This document shows, in pieces, positions 37,046 to 50,939 of a DNA stretch of 64,000 bases (positions are counted from its first letter, which is position 1; each line of letters begins with the position of its first letter). The position numbers were made by a program, and so were the translations under genes. This stretch comes from Prorocentrum cordatum. Lineage: Eukaryota. Location: contig CAUYUJ010000088.1 of the NCBI GenBank assembly GCA_963575745.1, positions 1 through 64,000 of the forward strand, read 5' to 3'. Below the pieces are notes generated by a model that searched no databases, was not told the origin of the DNA, and saw only the letters and a program-made list of their open reading frames with translations.

Positions 37046-37214
37046 TGGGCCACTTCGCGTCGAGGATTTGTGCACGGGGGGACATGCGGGGGTGGACATT
37101 TGGCGAGCGGGGGGGGGGGGGCGGTGGCGGCGGCAAGCCGAACCCATGATCAGGGGGCTTCTGGGGGTCGACAGGCCGAGGTCCGACCTGCGCAGCGGGT
37201 CCGACTCGTTCTCT

Positions 37215-37247
<33 letters not shown>

Positions 37248-37770
37248 TCTCTGCCTCGCCCTTCACTTGCCCCCAGGAGGAGAGCGCAGGGAAGAGGAAG
37301 GCAAACGGGGGCGCGAGACAAGAGGGGGGTGGCGGAGGAGGGGGGGGGGGGGAGGAGGAAGAGGAGGAAGGGGGAGGAGGAAGAGGAGGAGGAGGGGGGG
37401 GGAGGTGGTCGCAATCTCAACGTAATTCGACACTGCGAAAACGCGCATACACAACACTCGCCATCGCAATTCGCATCGACCGACATTGGGCGGAGGACAA
37501 ATGAGAAAAGGGGGAGGGCTGATGCGCAGGATGGGGTGGAGGAGGGCGAGGAGGAGGAGGAGGAGGAGCTGAGGATGGCGGAGTGATCATGCGAAATCGC
37601 TCGCGAAATCCCATGCATGTGATTTCGCATGGGATTTCCAACTCGTGCGTTGCACCCCTCTCTGGTTGGTCAGGGGGGGCCGACGGTCGGGGCCCGCGGA
37701 CTTGGGCCGGGCGCGCATGCGCTCAAATCCTCACGTCTACAGTGATAGAAAGAGACAGACAGGATAACGA

Positions 37771-37814
<44 letters not shown>

Positions 37815-38049
37815 TAATGATATATACATATATACGGCATACGGCGATGTTTTGACCTTCAAAGTCTCTGCGCAGGATGTTGTGCCAGGGCGCGGCTCGG
37901 CTTTATCATTGTTTCCAATATGAATCATTGAATATGGCTCTCCGTAGCGTAGCAATTTTCAGTCACATGAGAACGCTCCCGGGGCGCTTATTCACCCTTC
38001 TCGATTTGCGGGGGAGGCTGCGCAGTCCCGAGTTGGCCAGCTCGGGTAC

Positions 38050-38876
38050 ATGGCTCCCTTTGGTTGCCTGGCCATGTTTCTTATGATGTGCAGTGCGTCT
38101 TCTTGCGGCGCCGCTCGGGGGCGCCGAGCTACGCCGCCAGTTCGCCCAGAACCGTTGCCGACCCATGGGGCTGCGTTCCTGTGGGCAACGGCGCGCGCTA
38201 CGCTGTTGTCAGAAGATGGAGTCCCGACGCACATCGAAGACGGCGACGGCGGAGGGCCCATGCTTGCTCGCGCTGCAAAGTTGATCACGGATACTGCATT
38301 CTGCATGCCCCGTACAATTGCGTTTGTGGAAGCGTTCTCTGGCATGTCTGGAACCTTGAACTATTGCAATGACTCATCGGGCTGTTTCGTTTGAGCGGGA
38401 GGATTTCGCCTGGCAGGATATCGCTTGCATGGCGGGCTTGCTGTACCTTCTGTACATTTTGGCAGATCGCCCCCAGTGGGACAGCGCTCTTCCCCCCGCA
38501 GCGCAGCACTTGGATCCGGATGTGCGTGTGCCACACGCAGCGCAACGACAATGACCCGCTGGGCCAGGAGTCGCGCCTCGACGTCAGGGAGGCTAACTTT
38601 ACGTCGTCTGCTTTGTCAGGGGGAGGACCAAACAGGAAATGCCCCGACCCCGACCAAGTTGCACCCATTTTACTGACACGGCATGAGGGATACTGAGGGC
38701 CGAGCAGGAGGAGGAGGAGGCGGAGGAGGAGGGCAACGACCACGACGTGACGTGGAACAAAAAACGATGAGGATGTGCGCGGGCTGGGGGCGGCTATCTG
38801 TTCTCCTCCTGATCCTCCTCATCTGCTTCCCCCTCCTTCTCCCCCCCCCTCCTCCTCCTCCTCCTCCTCCTCCTCT

Positions 38877-38907
<31 letters not shown>

Positions 38908-39683
38908 TACCCCCCCCCCCCATTCTTCCTCTCCCCCCCCCCCCCCCCCCCCCCCCCCACTCGTCGCCGCCATCGTGGCACCTTCTAGCCGCAATCCTAT
39001 GCGCCATCAGATGCGCTCTCAGAGGCCCCGTTTGGATCATTAGAATTCCGCATCAATTACCTGATGAGGGGCATGGGGGAACGGAATCCAACGCCACCGC
39101 CCGCCAGGAAATCACCCCGCAACGCGCGCCTCGTCCTCGTTCCCCCTCGCTCCATCATTCCTCCAACTCCTGATCAACATGCAGTCGGTACTGGGCGCGT
39201 GCGTCGGGGCCCCGATCGCAGTTCCCAGGTCGTTCATGGTAATGTTTCTCCGCGGCAGGCATGTGCAGATGGGGGCGGAGCGGCCGCTGAGTAGCCTGTT
39301 GTGCAAAGTGCCGAGCGTGCTGAGCTCTCTCGAAGCTGCAAGCGCCCGTCGGCTCGTGACTTGTTTTGGGCGCGCTCGGTGCCCAAACTCTGAAACCAAT
39401 TGAAATGCACGCAACTTTCAGCGCGGACCAAGCGCGGCAGCTCGTCCGCGCGGCGAAGTCGGCCCGGTCGAGGGCAGGCTGGGCTAGGGGCACGATTACC
39501 CGCCTGGACCGCAGGCGAGAGCCGAGTGAGAGCGCCGGTTGGTCCAGGAACGGCCGGGTAGCTGGCATTGGGTCAAAGCAGAAGAGCAGCCAGACCTATC
39601 CGACCGAGTTTGTGGCATCGCTGGCAAATCTTGTTTTGAATGGGTTGGCAGTGCCTGCTAGGGCAGCGTGTTCTCTGCCGTAG
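38050..39683 (+). pseudogene. Decayed C5-cytosine DNA methyltransferase-like gene with an intron
   Basis: Motifs in order: FVEAFSG (I, 38323-43), FPPQRSTW (IV-like, 38490-513), DPLG...DVREAN, then after a microsatellite-rich intron AERPLSS (VI-like), GAQTLKP (VIII-like), SQTYPTEFVASLA (X-like). Confidence 0.6.
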
Positions 39684-42557
39684 GCGCGCGTTCTCCAGCA
39701 TTGCATGCTCATGCCCCCCCCCCCCCACCCTCCTCCTCCACCCGCCTCCGCCCGCGCATGCTTTCCTGCATCCCTGCAGACCGTGCGAGACGGCGTCGGC
39801 GAAGGGCGCGTTGGCGCCTCGAGCCCTGGACGGTAAAACCTTGGGGGATACAGGGGTATCGAGCGGCGCGGGCTCTCCTCCTCATTTCCCTTTGCCCTTC
39901 CCTCCCTGCCCACGCCCTCGCCTTAATGCGCCGTAGTTTCTCGCCAGTTCCTGAGCCATCCCCTAGCCAAGACATGGCGACGCGCGTTCTGACTAGCATG
40001 TCGAGGCGGATCTGACCGTGGCTCGATTTAAACGGATTCAGCTGGATTCCCATGCGAAATCCCTTGCATGTAATATCTAATGCGAAATCCCATGCGAATC
40101 CCCTCGCGCGTGAACTTGCATGGGAATTGTCACCTGGTTCGCGGGGGCGGCGGCCACGACGAGACACGATGTGCCGTGAGAGAGTCGATGCTGACACCAG
40201 TGGGGCATGGGGCTGAACCGCGGGAGAGTAGGCAAACTTTGCTCGCGGATATGACACAATGTTTCACGTGCTGTGCCGTTTCGGCTGAGGCGCGGGATGC
40301 AAGAGCGCCTTGCAATTTCACTCGGTCGGCGCCAGCATTGGCTGCAGCGATGGACGTCCGCGGCCGTTGGTTGCCCCCTGGGAACCCGCGGGCGCCGCCG
40401 CCAGGCCCAGATCTGGGGGCGTTGGCAGAGGCGCGGGCAAGTCGAGGGATCGGGGAACGAAGAAGGAGACGGGGGGGACGCGGGGGAAACGGAAGGGGGA
40501 ACGGGGGGAACGTGGAGGGCGCAGGAGGGGGAAGGCGAGGATGGCAAGAAAGGTGATGCGGAGGAGGAGGAGGGGAGGGGGGGCGGAGGACGATGGGGCA
40601 GGGGCAGAGACGAGGTCGGGCATTTTCAAGGGATGGGGAACCGCGAGGAGCTGGCAGAATGCTGAACATGGTCACGGGGGGGGGGGGGGGGGGCGCGAGG
40701 AGGTGAAAGCGAAGAGTAAGATGCGGAGAAGGAGGGCGGGGGGTGAGGGCGAAACGCAAGAGAGATGGGGGATGGGGGGGGGGGGGGGGGGGGAGGGGGG
40801 GGCGTGGAGGAGAAGCGGGGGATGAGAAGGAGGAGGACAAGAAGGATGGAGGACGAGGAGGCAGAGGATGGAGAGGAGGAAGGGGAGGGGGAGGAGGAGG
40901 AGGAGGCAGGGGCTGGAAAAACCGAGGACCCAGAGGAGGAGGGAGGAGGAAGGAGGAAGCGCGCCCCCGGTGACGGAAGGTTGTAGGCATTGGGGCCGTG
41001 CACGGCGGCGGGGAGGGGGGGGGGGGGGGGGCGTTGACCCCCCGCTGTCAGGCGCGAGTCTTTTCGGTGTCAGTTCGCAACTTGGCCAGCACCTGCAACG
41101 CGTTTGCAACCTCGGGCGCGGGCAAGATCATCGTGCATCCAATCGACCAGGCGCGGAACTGGAAGCCTAGATCGCGTTCCAGGTATCCCCGCCCATCCGC
41201 TTATACCCTCCTCCTCTTTCTCCTCCGCCTCTCTCCCTCCCCGCCACCCCCTTCTTCGCCCCCCGCTCTGCGCGCCCCCCCCCCCCGGTCCTGGGCCCGC
41301 CCATTCGGGATTCCCGGTGGGCAGTCTGGGCGAGGGGGGGGGGGGGGGGCTGATGCGACGGCGACTGGAAGGGGCTATGGACTGGGGCGGCGGGAACGAG
41401 GGTGAAGACCACGCGGTGATATTTGGGCTAGGAGGCGCGGCGTGGGCTTCCATTTCTGCGCGTGCTCAGGGGTGGCAAGCAATGAATAGTCCTCGCCCAA
41501 CTGAGATGCGTGAGACCCGCCACACGTACACGCGCGATTGGCTGCGCACTCTAGGCCATCATGTCCACCGCTTGTACGACATCTTTGGAAGGCGGGTCGC
41601 CGTGCCCTGGCTGTCGAAATCAGCATGCAACGCCGCGAAGTAGGTGCAGTCATGCTGACTTCGGTCGCCAGAGTATGGCGCTTCGACCTCCGACGACGGG
41701 CTGGCATGGCCCGAACCAGCAACGCGCGTTCGGCGAGGATCCCACGTGGCAAGAAGATATCGAGTTTAGCGTGGGATTCGAAGCGCAGCTGTTCTAAGTG
41801 CATTCTACCGTTGCACGTGCTCGATTTCTGCGTCAGCTTCTCGCGCCTTTCTAACCTCGACACCTCCACCTCTCACATTCTCACATGAATATTCTCCCAC
41901 TCCCCTTCCACATCCTGAGTCTCCGCAATCTCTCCTGTCTCCTGCGCGTTTTGCTGAGCGGCGAGCCCGACAGTTCGTCTTTTGTACTGGGGGCCGCCGT
42001 CGACGAGCTGCCGCTGGGATTCCAGCGTCTGTGAATTGAAAAAGGGGCCCTGCCCCCCTCCGCCTCGCCCCCTTGGTCGGCAACCCGCTCAGCATCGGCG
42101 ATGCTCCTGGCGCAATCCCTGGCAAAATCCCACGCGAGGGAAATCGCGCGGGATTTCGGCGGCGGGTGTATGCGGCAGCAGCTGCGCCTCGCGGAGAACT
42201 TTCTGGAGATGGTCGAATCGTTCGGGGCGACAGTAGGTGGCCAACTTCGCAATCAGTGGCCGTTTGGGGCACTGGGTAACGCATGAGGCAACGTTCTAGA
42301 ATCGTGAAGTGGGGTAGTGAATTGCGGTCGAGGGCGGGCGGATAGGGGGGGGGGGGGGGATTCAGAGGGGGGGGGGGGGGGGGGGGAGGGGGCGAAGGGA
42401 GCGAGGAGGGGGAGGGGGGGGGGGGGGGGGGCGATGGAGGAGGGGGGGGGGGGGGGGGGGGAAAGGGGGGGAGGGAGAGGAGCGGTTGTGGTGGCGCGGC
42501 GTGGGCTTTTGGGGTACATGTTTTCGGGGGGAGAGAGGGAGGGAGGGAGGGGAGGGA

Positions 42558-42558
42558 A

Positions 42559-42621
<63 letters not shown>

Positions 42622-42700
42622 GAGGAGGAGAAGGAGAGAGAGAGAGAGAGATGGAGAGAGAGAGAGAGAGAGAGAGAAAACAGAAGAGAGAAGAGGAGAG

Positions 42701-42732
<32 letters not shown>

Positions 42733-42739
42733 TGAGAGG

Positions 42740-42771
<32 letters not shown>

Positions 42772-42844
42772 CCGGAGAGAGAGAAAGAGAGATGAGAGAG
42801 AGAGAGAAAGAGAGAGACGAGATTAAGGTGACAGGCCGAGAGAG
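42558..42844. repeat. (GA)n tract, 3' flank of the truncated retrotransposon copy
   Basis: Direct observation. Confidence 0.9.
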
Positions 42845-44036
42845 CGGACAAGTAGGCGGACCGGGGTCCGTCCGCGAGGCGCACTGCGGTGCGACAACTC
42901 GCAAAACACTATTTGCGGCGGTGCAGCCTTTAGATACGAGGGCGGGCAACAAAAAACCCCTCCCCCGGCGCAGTGCGACAGACGCTACAGACGGCGGACA
43001 GACGATGATGATCTCACCTGTCAGACCGCGTAAAGAAAGAGGCCCCAACAAGAAAGGCGACGTGCTGACACGTGGCTAGGCGGATTGGCAGACCGCCAGT
43101 TGGGCGCTTGGCCGCTAAGCGGCGCGCAGTGACGGGGCACCCCCCGCCCCCACGCCCTGACACCGTGGACGCGGAGCCACGCGTACACGCGGGCAGGCAG
43201 AAAGGAGGAGATTAGCGCGGGGCACCAGGTGGAGCGCCGCGGAACGATGACAGCATAGCTTGGATGGTGAGTGACGGCACGGCACCATCGGGCGAGGCCG
43301 TGAGCATCTCGGCAAAGGCTCGCCCAGCGCTGTGGAGGCGCTGGAGTAGAGGGCCTTGACGAGCTTGGGCGGCGGCGAGGTCCGCGGCGAGAGCTAAGCA
43401 CCTCTGCTGGAGAGCAGCCATAGCCTGTGACAGCTCGGTTTCGCGGTCGGTGAGGGGCGGCTGCTCAGTGCCAGCAGCCGAGGGCCTCGAGACAGAGGCG
43501 AGGTCCTCGGTACGCCTGTCCAAATGGTGGACTAGCGTAGTGCGGCACCCTGTACGCTGTCGCCCGTCACCCTTGAAGGGTGACTGGAGGGGCCCACGCG
43601 ACCCCAGGGCTGGAGCCGCTAGGGCCACGCCCCGAGAGGTCGGGAGAGCCGCTTCCTCTCGCTCAGCAACGATGGAAGCGTGGATGGGGCACGAGGGCCT
43701 GTCTGGTTTAGTACCCTGCGGGGGGGCTGAAGCCGCCCCCGCGGGCTGCCGGCGGTGGGGGGGCGGAGTGGTTGGCGCGGTGGGACCAGTCATGATGCCG
43801 TGCAAGGGCTCTGAGGTCGGTCGCGTAGAAGGTTGGCGTCTCGGTAGGGCGGCATGGTCGGCAGCGTGTGGCATCGGCGGTGCGTCCTCCATGCCACTCA
43901 GTCCGCGGGGGTCGCCCAGGTCATGGTCGGCGTCTCGGCGGTGGCCGATATCATCGTATGTGGGCGATGTCGCTCTCGGGGACGGAGTCGCAGTAGGGAT
44001 CGAGAGGTGGCCCGACGGGGCGGGGTTTTCGCTGGC
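42845..44036 (-). mobile_element. 5'-truncated copy of the same non-LTR retrotransposon
   Basis: Reverse complement is colinear with ~28960-30151 with scattered substitutions; same 3' terminus (gtccgcctacttgtccg). Confidence 0.95.
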
Positions 44037-44245
<209 letters not shown>

Positions 44246-45174
44246 CCACAAGAGGTCTGGCCCAGGCTACGCGGGCGATTCGTCCGAGGCCCCCCCTCCC
44301 CCGTGGACTTACCGAATGGTGACTATCGAAAGGATGACGTATATCGAGAGGAACCCCTGGGCGCTCGATGGGTGGGTGTGAGCGATGGATGGGGGCACCT
44401 GCCTTAACGGCTGTGGTCAATCGGTGGTCAATGGCTCCTCGTTGCAATTAAGTTCGCGCCTCGTGGCCCTCGATTTCGCGGCCCCCGTTCAGTTCCCCCT
44501 CGATCCGCGCCTCGTGTCCTGAGCTGAGGTCAAAGTACGTCGACTCGCACCTGGCAGCATGCGCATCCGATGAGGGCGATGGCGACTCGAACGACTCGGA
44601 GTCAAACCATGTCGAGTTCGTGCAGGTGGGCGCTTTTGGGAGACGAGTGCACTTGCACGCGCAACGGCCTCGACCGCTCGGTTGATCGGGGCCCGTTGGT
44701 CGGTCGATCGAGGCATTCGCCTGTCGGTCGATCGCGGCCGCGTTCCGTCGCTGCTCGTGGCCCGCGGCCCCGCCGTGGCCTTGGCGCGCGGGGCCGAGGC
44801 CGTCCGCCCCGCGCATCCCGAGCGACGCAGCGACCGTGCACGACACAGAGAGCGACATCGATGACGACGTCGACGCGACGACGAGGCCCAGTCGGACGAG
44901 TGAGCGACGGAGCGGACGCAGCGCAGGCGGGCGGGTCGAGATGGGGGTTCGGACCGAGAGAGCAGCGTGATCTCTTTCACTCCCTCTTGTTCCTTCATCC
45001 CTCCCAAATTACCTTTTTCCTGTTCCTCTTCCTTCCCTCTCTCCTCCCTCCAACCGAACGAATTACAACCGACTAGTCCCAATTCCAACCGTTCGGAGCG
45101 AGTAGCAACCAGAAACGAGACAAATGAGACCAATTCCAACCTGACCAAAAATGACACCAATTGCAACCACGGAT

Positions 45175-45640
45175 GGGATCTTCGGAATTCCTCCGGATCC
45201 CTTCGAATTCTTCTGAATTCCTCCGGATTCTTTAGGACTCCTTCGGAATTCCTTGGGCCCCCTTCGGAATTCCTTAGGATTCCGTCGGAATTCCTCCAGA
45301 TTCTTCAAGACTCCTTCGGAATTTCTTTGGACTCCTTCGGAATTCCTTAGGACTCCTTCGGAATTCCTTAGGACTCCTTCGGAATTCTTGTGGATTCTTT
45401 AGGACTCCTTCGGAGTTCCTTGGGGTTCCTTCTGAATTCCTTCGGATTCCTTCGGGATTCCTCAGGATTCTTTCGGAATTCCTTATGATTCCTGCGGAAT
45501 TCCTTAGGATTCCATCGGAATTCCTCAGGGTCCCTTTGGATTCCTCTTTCGGAATTCCTTTGGATTCCTCCTTCGGAATTCCTCTGGATTCCTCCTTCGG
45601 AATTCCTCGGGATTCCTTCGGATTCTTCGGAATTCCTCAG
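45175..45640. repeat. GGAATTCCTTCGGATTCCT-type 10/11-bp alternating tandem repeat
   Basis: Recurrent ggaattcct / ggattcct units. Confidence 0.9.
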
Positions 45641-45645
45641 CCTTC

Positions 45646-45754
45646 CTACGACGACTACTACTACTACTACTACTACTACTACGACTGCTACTACTACTAT
45701 TACTACGACTACTACTACTATTTCTACTACTACAACTACTACTACTACTACTAT

Positions 45755-45804
<50 letters not shown>

Positions 45805-45899
45805 CTACTACTATCACTGCCACTACTACTACTACTACGACTACTACTACTACTACTACTACCACTTACTACTACTACTACCACCACCACCACCACTAT

Positions 45900-45941
<42 letters not shown>

Positions 45942-45965
45942 GACTACTAACAAGATTACGAATTG

Positions 45966-46018
<53 letters not shown>

Positions 46019-46028
46019 ATACTGCGAA

Positions 46029-46082
<54 letters not shown>

Positions 46083-46085
46083 CGC
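45646..46085. repeat. (CTA)n microsatellite
   Basis: Direct observation. Confidence 0.95.
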
Positions 46086-46139
46086 ATAGACCACCCTTCG
46101 GGTGATAAGGAGGCGAGGGGGGGGGGGGGAACACCGTCG

Positions 46140-46740
46140 CACTCGATCGATCTCACTATCGACCTCGCTATCGATTTCATTCTCGATCTCATTCGATCAA
46201 TCTCACAATCGATATGGCTATCGATCTCGCACTCGATCTCACTAACGATCTCACTATCGATATCACAGTCGATCTCACAATAGAAGTCACAATCGATCTG
46301 GCTATCGATCTCACGATCTATCTCACATTCGGTCTCACGATCGATCTCACTACCGATATCACTATCGAGCTCATTCGATCGATCTCACAATCGATCTCAC
46401 ATTTGGTCTCACTATCGATATCACTATCGACATCACAACCGATCTCACAATCGATCTGACTATCGATCTCACTATCGAACTCACTATCGAAGTCATGATC
46501 GACCTCTCGTTCGACCTCACTATCGATCTCACTATCGATATCACAATCAATATCACAATCGATCTCACATTCGGTCTCACTATCGATCTCACTATCGAAC
46601 TCACTATCGATCTGACTATCGATCTCACTCTGGATCGATCTCACATTGGGTCTCACTATTAACCTCACTATCGATATCACAATCGATCTTACAATCGATC
46701 TCACATTCGGTCTCACTATCGATCTCACTACCGAACTCAC
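46140..46740. repeat. 12-bp tandem repeat ATCGATCTCACT
   Basis: About 50 diverged units. Confidence 0.92.
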
Positions 46741-47114
46741 CATCATCACCACCATCATCATCACCATCATCATCATCGTTGTCAACATCATCATCATCAT
46801 CGTCATCATCATCATCACCGACGGGACACCGGCGTGACACCGCGGGGCCCCGGCCGCCCGGAAGGGAATCATTTGGTCCGGCCGCGCCTCAGCCACACGG
46901 GACACCAGCGGGACACCGGCGGGACACCGCGGGGCCCAGGCCGGCTGGAAGGGAATCGTTTGGTCCGGCCGCGCCTCAGCCACAGGAGACTTTCTCTCGC
47001 CCGCCCACGCAGCTTCGCCTCGCCCGCACGCGCGGCACGCACGAACACGAAACCGAAATGGATTTCCCGGTAGGGGGGCTCTCCGTTCCACTTCGATCTC
47101 ACCCCCTCACCTCC

Positions 47115-47115
47115 G

Positions 47116-47159
<44 letters not shown>

Positions 47160-47182
47160 GACTACTACCACTACTACTACTA

Positions 47183-47248
<66 letters not shown>

Positions 47249-47303
47249 GTACTACGACTCGTACGACTACTTCTACTACTACTACCACTACTACTATTAT
47301 TAT

Positions 47304-47342
<39 letters not shown>

Positions 47343-47390
47343 CACGACTACTGCTACTAGTACTACTATTACAACTACTACTACAACTAT

Positions 47391-47431
<41 letters not shown>

Positions 47432-47761
47432 GTACTACTACTACTACTACTTCTACGATTACCACCACGATTACATCTACGACGCCGACTACGACTACTA
47501 CTATTACTAGTGCGACTACTACTCGTACTACTACTACTACTACTACTATACTACTACTACTACTATCTTCTTACTACTGCACTGCTACTAATGCTACTAC
47601 TACTACTACTATACTACTACTACTATACTACTACTACTACTACTACTTCGAACTCCTACTACTTACTACGACTGACTACTAATACTACTATATTACCACT
47701 ACTACCCTACTAATACTACTATACTACTATACTACTACTACTACTACTTACTTATACTACG

Positions 47762-47792
<31 letters not shown>

Positions 47793-47801
47793 GTTCTACT
47801 A

Positions 47802-47836
<35 letters not shown>

Positions 47837-48695
47837 CTACTACAATTATTATGACTAAGGCTACTACAAGTTCGCCGACGACTTACGACCTACTTCTACC
47901 GCGGCTAATTACTACACCGCTACTCCGACTACTACTACTATACTACTACTACTAATACTACTTTACTACTGCACTACTGCTACTACTACTATATAGTTTC
48001 TACCACTATGACTACTACTACTACTTATTCTTCTACTTTCTATACATACTACTACGACTAGTGCTATTCATTTTCAAGTATTGCACTACTACTATATACT
48101 ACTGACTACTACTACTACTACCTACTACTACTACTACTACTACTACTATGCTATACTAATATACTACTACTACTACTACTACACTACTACTGATAATACT
48201 ACTACTTTCTGCACTACTAATACGATACTACGACTACTACGACTACTACTACTAATACTAACTACTACTGCTGATACTATACTACTACTACTACTACTCC
48301 TACTACTTATACTACTTACTACTATTACTACTTTACGTACATCACACTACTTACTACTTACTACGAATACTCCTTACACTAGCTACTACTGCTGATACTA
48401 CTCCTGCCAATAATTCCACTACGACGGGTTCTACTACGATTACAACAACAACTACTACTACTACTACTACTACTAGTACCACTACTACTACGACTAGTGC
48501 TACGACCAGTACGAGTGCTACTACTACAACTACTACTATTAGTACTACCACGACTACTACTACCACTACTACTACGACTACTACTACGACGACTACTACT
48601 ACTACTGCTACTACTACTACTACTACTACTACTACTAGTACTGGGACGACTACTACTACGATTACGACTACGACACCGACTACGACGACTATTAT

Positions 48696-48728
<33 letters not shown>

Positions 48729-48840
48729 GACTACTGCCACTACTACTACTGCTACTTCGACTACTACTACTACCATTATTCCGACTCAGACTTCTACACT
48801 TACGACTACGGCTACGACTACTTCCATTACGACTACTACT

Positions 48841-48909
<69 letters not shown>

Positions 48910-49099
48910 GCTCGACTACTATAATCCTATTATTTCCATTTAATACGACTACTACTACTTATACCACTTACTACTATTACTACTTACTACTACTACTTTC
49001 TACTTCTACCTGCTCCTACTTATTGCTAATTAGTTTTTTTTTTCTTTTTTTTTATTTTTTTTTTTATTTTTTTGTTTTCTAAAAAAAAAAAACTTCACT

Positions 49100-49158
<59 letters not shown>

Positions 49159-49214
49159 TTACTACTATTATTAATATTGCTACGACTACTACTACTATTA
49201 TTATTTCTACTACG

Positions 49215-49264
<50 letters not shown>

Positions 49265-49271
49265 GACTACG

Positions 49272-49334
<63 letters not shown>

Positions 49335-49543
49335 TTACTACTATTATTAATATTGCTACGACTACTACTACTATTATTATTTCTACTACGACTACTAGTA
49401 CTACCACTACTACTGCTACTACTACTATTACTACTACTACAACTACTACTACTACTGCTATTACTATTGCTACTTATGCCACTACTGCTACGACTACTAC
49501 TACTACTACTACTACTACTACTGCTACTATTACCACTACTACG

Positions 49544-49575
<32 letters not shown>

Positions 49576-49643
49576 GACTACTACGACTACTACGACTACT
49601 ACGACTACGACTACGACTACGACTACGACTGCTACCACCACTA

Positions 49644-49720
<77 letters not shown>

Positions 49721-49783
49721 GCTACTACTACTACTACTACTCCTACTACTACTATTATTCTTACTACTACTTCTACTACTACT
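47115..49783. repeat. Long degenerate (CTA)n microsatellite
   Basis: Direct observation; central part noisy. Confidence 0.95.
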
Positions 49784-50904
49784 GGGAGGATCCATTTTGC
49801 ATATTTTAGAATCGATTCAATTCGGTGCGTCTTTGCTTACGCTTCGGTGCCCTCTTGCTCATCTTAACGTAGTGCTCGTGCGCAGACCAAAAACTGAGAC
49901 CAATTCCAACCCTAGCACGCACGTTGGCTTCCAGATCCTCTGCGTTGACATAAGGGGTGCCACTTGGTCTTCGCAGTCGTCTTGGGCCTCCCTACGCTTA
50001 AAATCTTAATGTGGGGCTAGCCCAAGCTGGTTGGGATTGGGCCCAGTTTGCTTTTCGCACTGGTTGGGATTGGTCCCAGTTGGTTGGGATTGGGCCCAGT
50101 GGGTTGGGATTGGGCCCGCATGCGTTCGGACCGAGAGAGCAGCGTGCTCTCTTTCACTCCCACTTGTTCCTTCATCCCTCCCCAATTACCTTTTCCTGTT
50201 CCTCTTCCTTCCCTCTCTCCTCCCTCTCCCGATTTCTTTCCGAACCCTGGTTTTCCCTCCTCCTCCTCTTTTTTCTTCCCGCTGTCTCCTCCTCCTACTC
50301 CTCCTCATCCTGGTCTTCCTCGTCGTCCTCCTCGTCGTCCTCCTCATCCTTTCCTCGTATTCTCCTCACTCTCCTTTAGAATTCTCCTTCCTTCCTCTAG
50401 CATCCTTCTGGCTCAGGCTCGAATCGCAGTGCTTGCGTTCCGCCTAATGGCGGTCGCAGGTATGCGTTTTTTATTTAGGAAATACAGAAGTACTTGTTAG
50501 TTGAATGTGTTCTGTGCTGCTCGGTGGGGGCGCGCTGGAATCCAGCGACTCACCATCTCTGCTCCGCGCTTGTATTGTGCGACGTGTGGGTGGCGAGTTC
50601 CATGCTCGCGCCTCTGCGTTGCTTCCAAAAGCAAATGTTTACAAAAGAACGCCCCGCCACCCCCTTTCTCCTCCTCTTCCTCCTCCTCCTCCTCCTCCTC
50701 CTCCTCCTCCTCCTCATCCTCCTCCTCCTCCTCCTCCTCCTCCTCCCCTTCTCTCCATTCTCTTCCCCCTGTTCCCTTCCCTCGCCCCTCCTCCCCCCAC
50801 TCGTATACCTTTCTCCACCCTTCTCCCCCTCTACTTCCTCTCCCCCCTTCTTGTCCTGCTCCTCGTCCTCCGCCCCCTTCCCCCCCTGCTCCTCCTCCTC
50901 CTCC

Positions 50905-50939
<35 letters not shown>

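Noticed and set aside
37941..37959. Relic dinoflagellate spliced leader (also ~1934-1954 and ~50398-50418)
   Set aside because: Only partial, gapped similarity to CCGTAGCCATTTTGGCTCAAG; cannot be distinguished from chance by eye.
41050..42290. Coding-like fragments here and at 51258-51974, 55580-56058 and 62750-63690
   Set aside because: No recognisable domain motifs, so a product cannot be supported.
45368..50009. Long poly-L/V/Y/S/T ORFs (also 59314..61518)
   Set aside because: Translations of (CTA)n/(TAG)n microsatellites, not genes.
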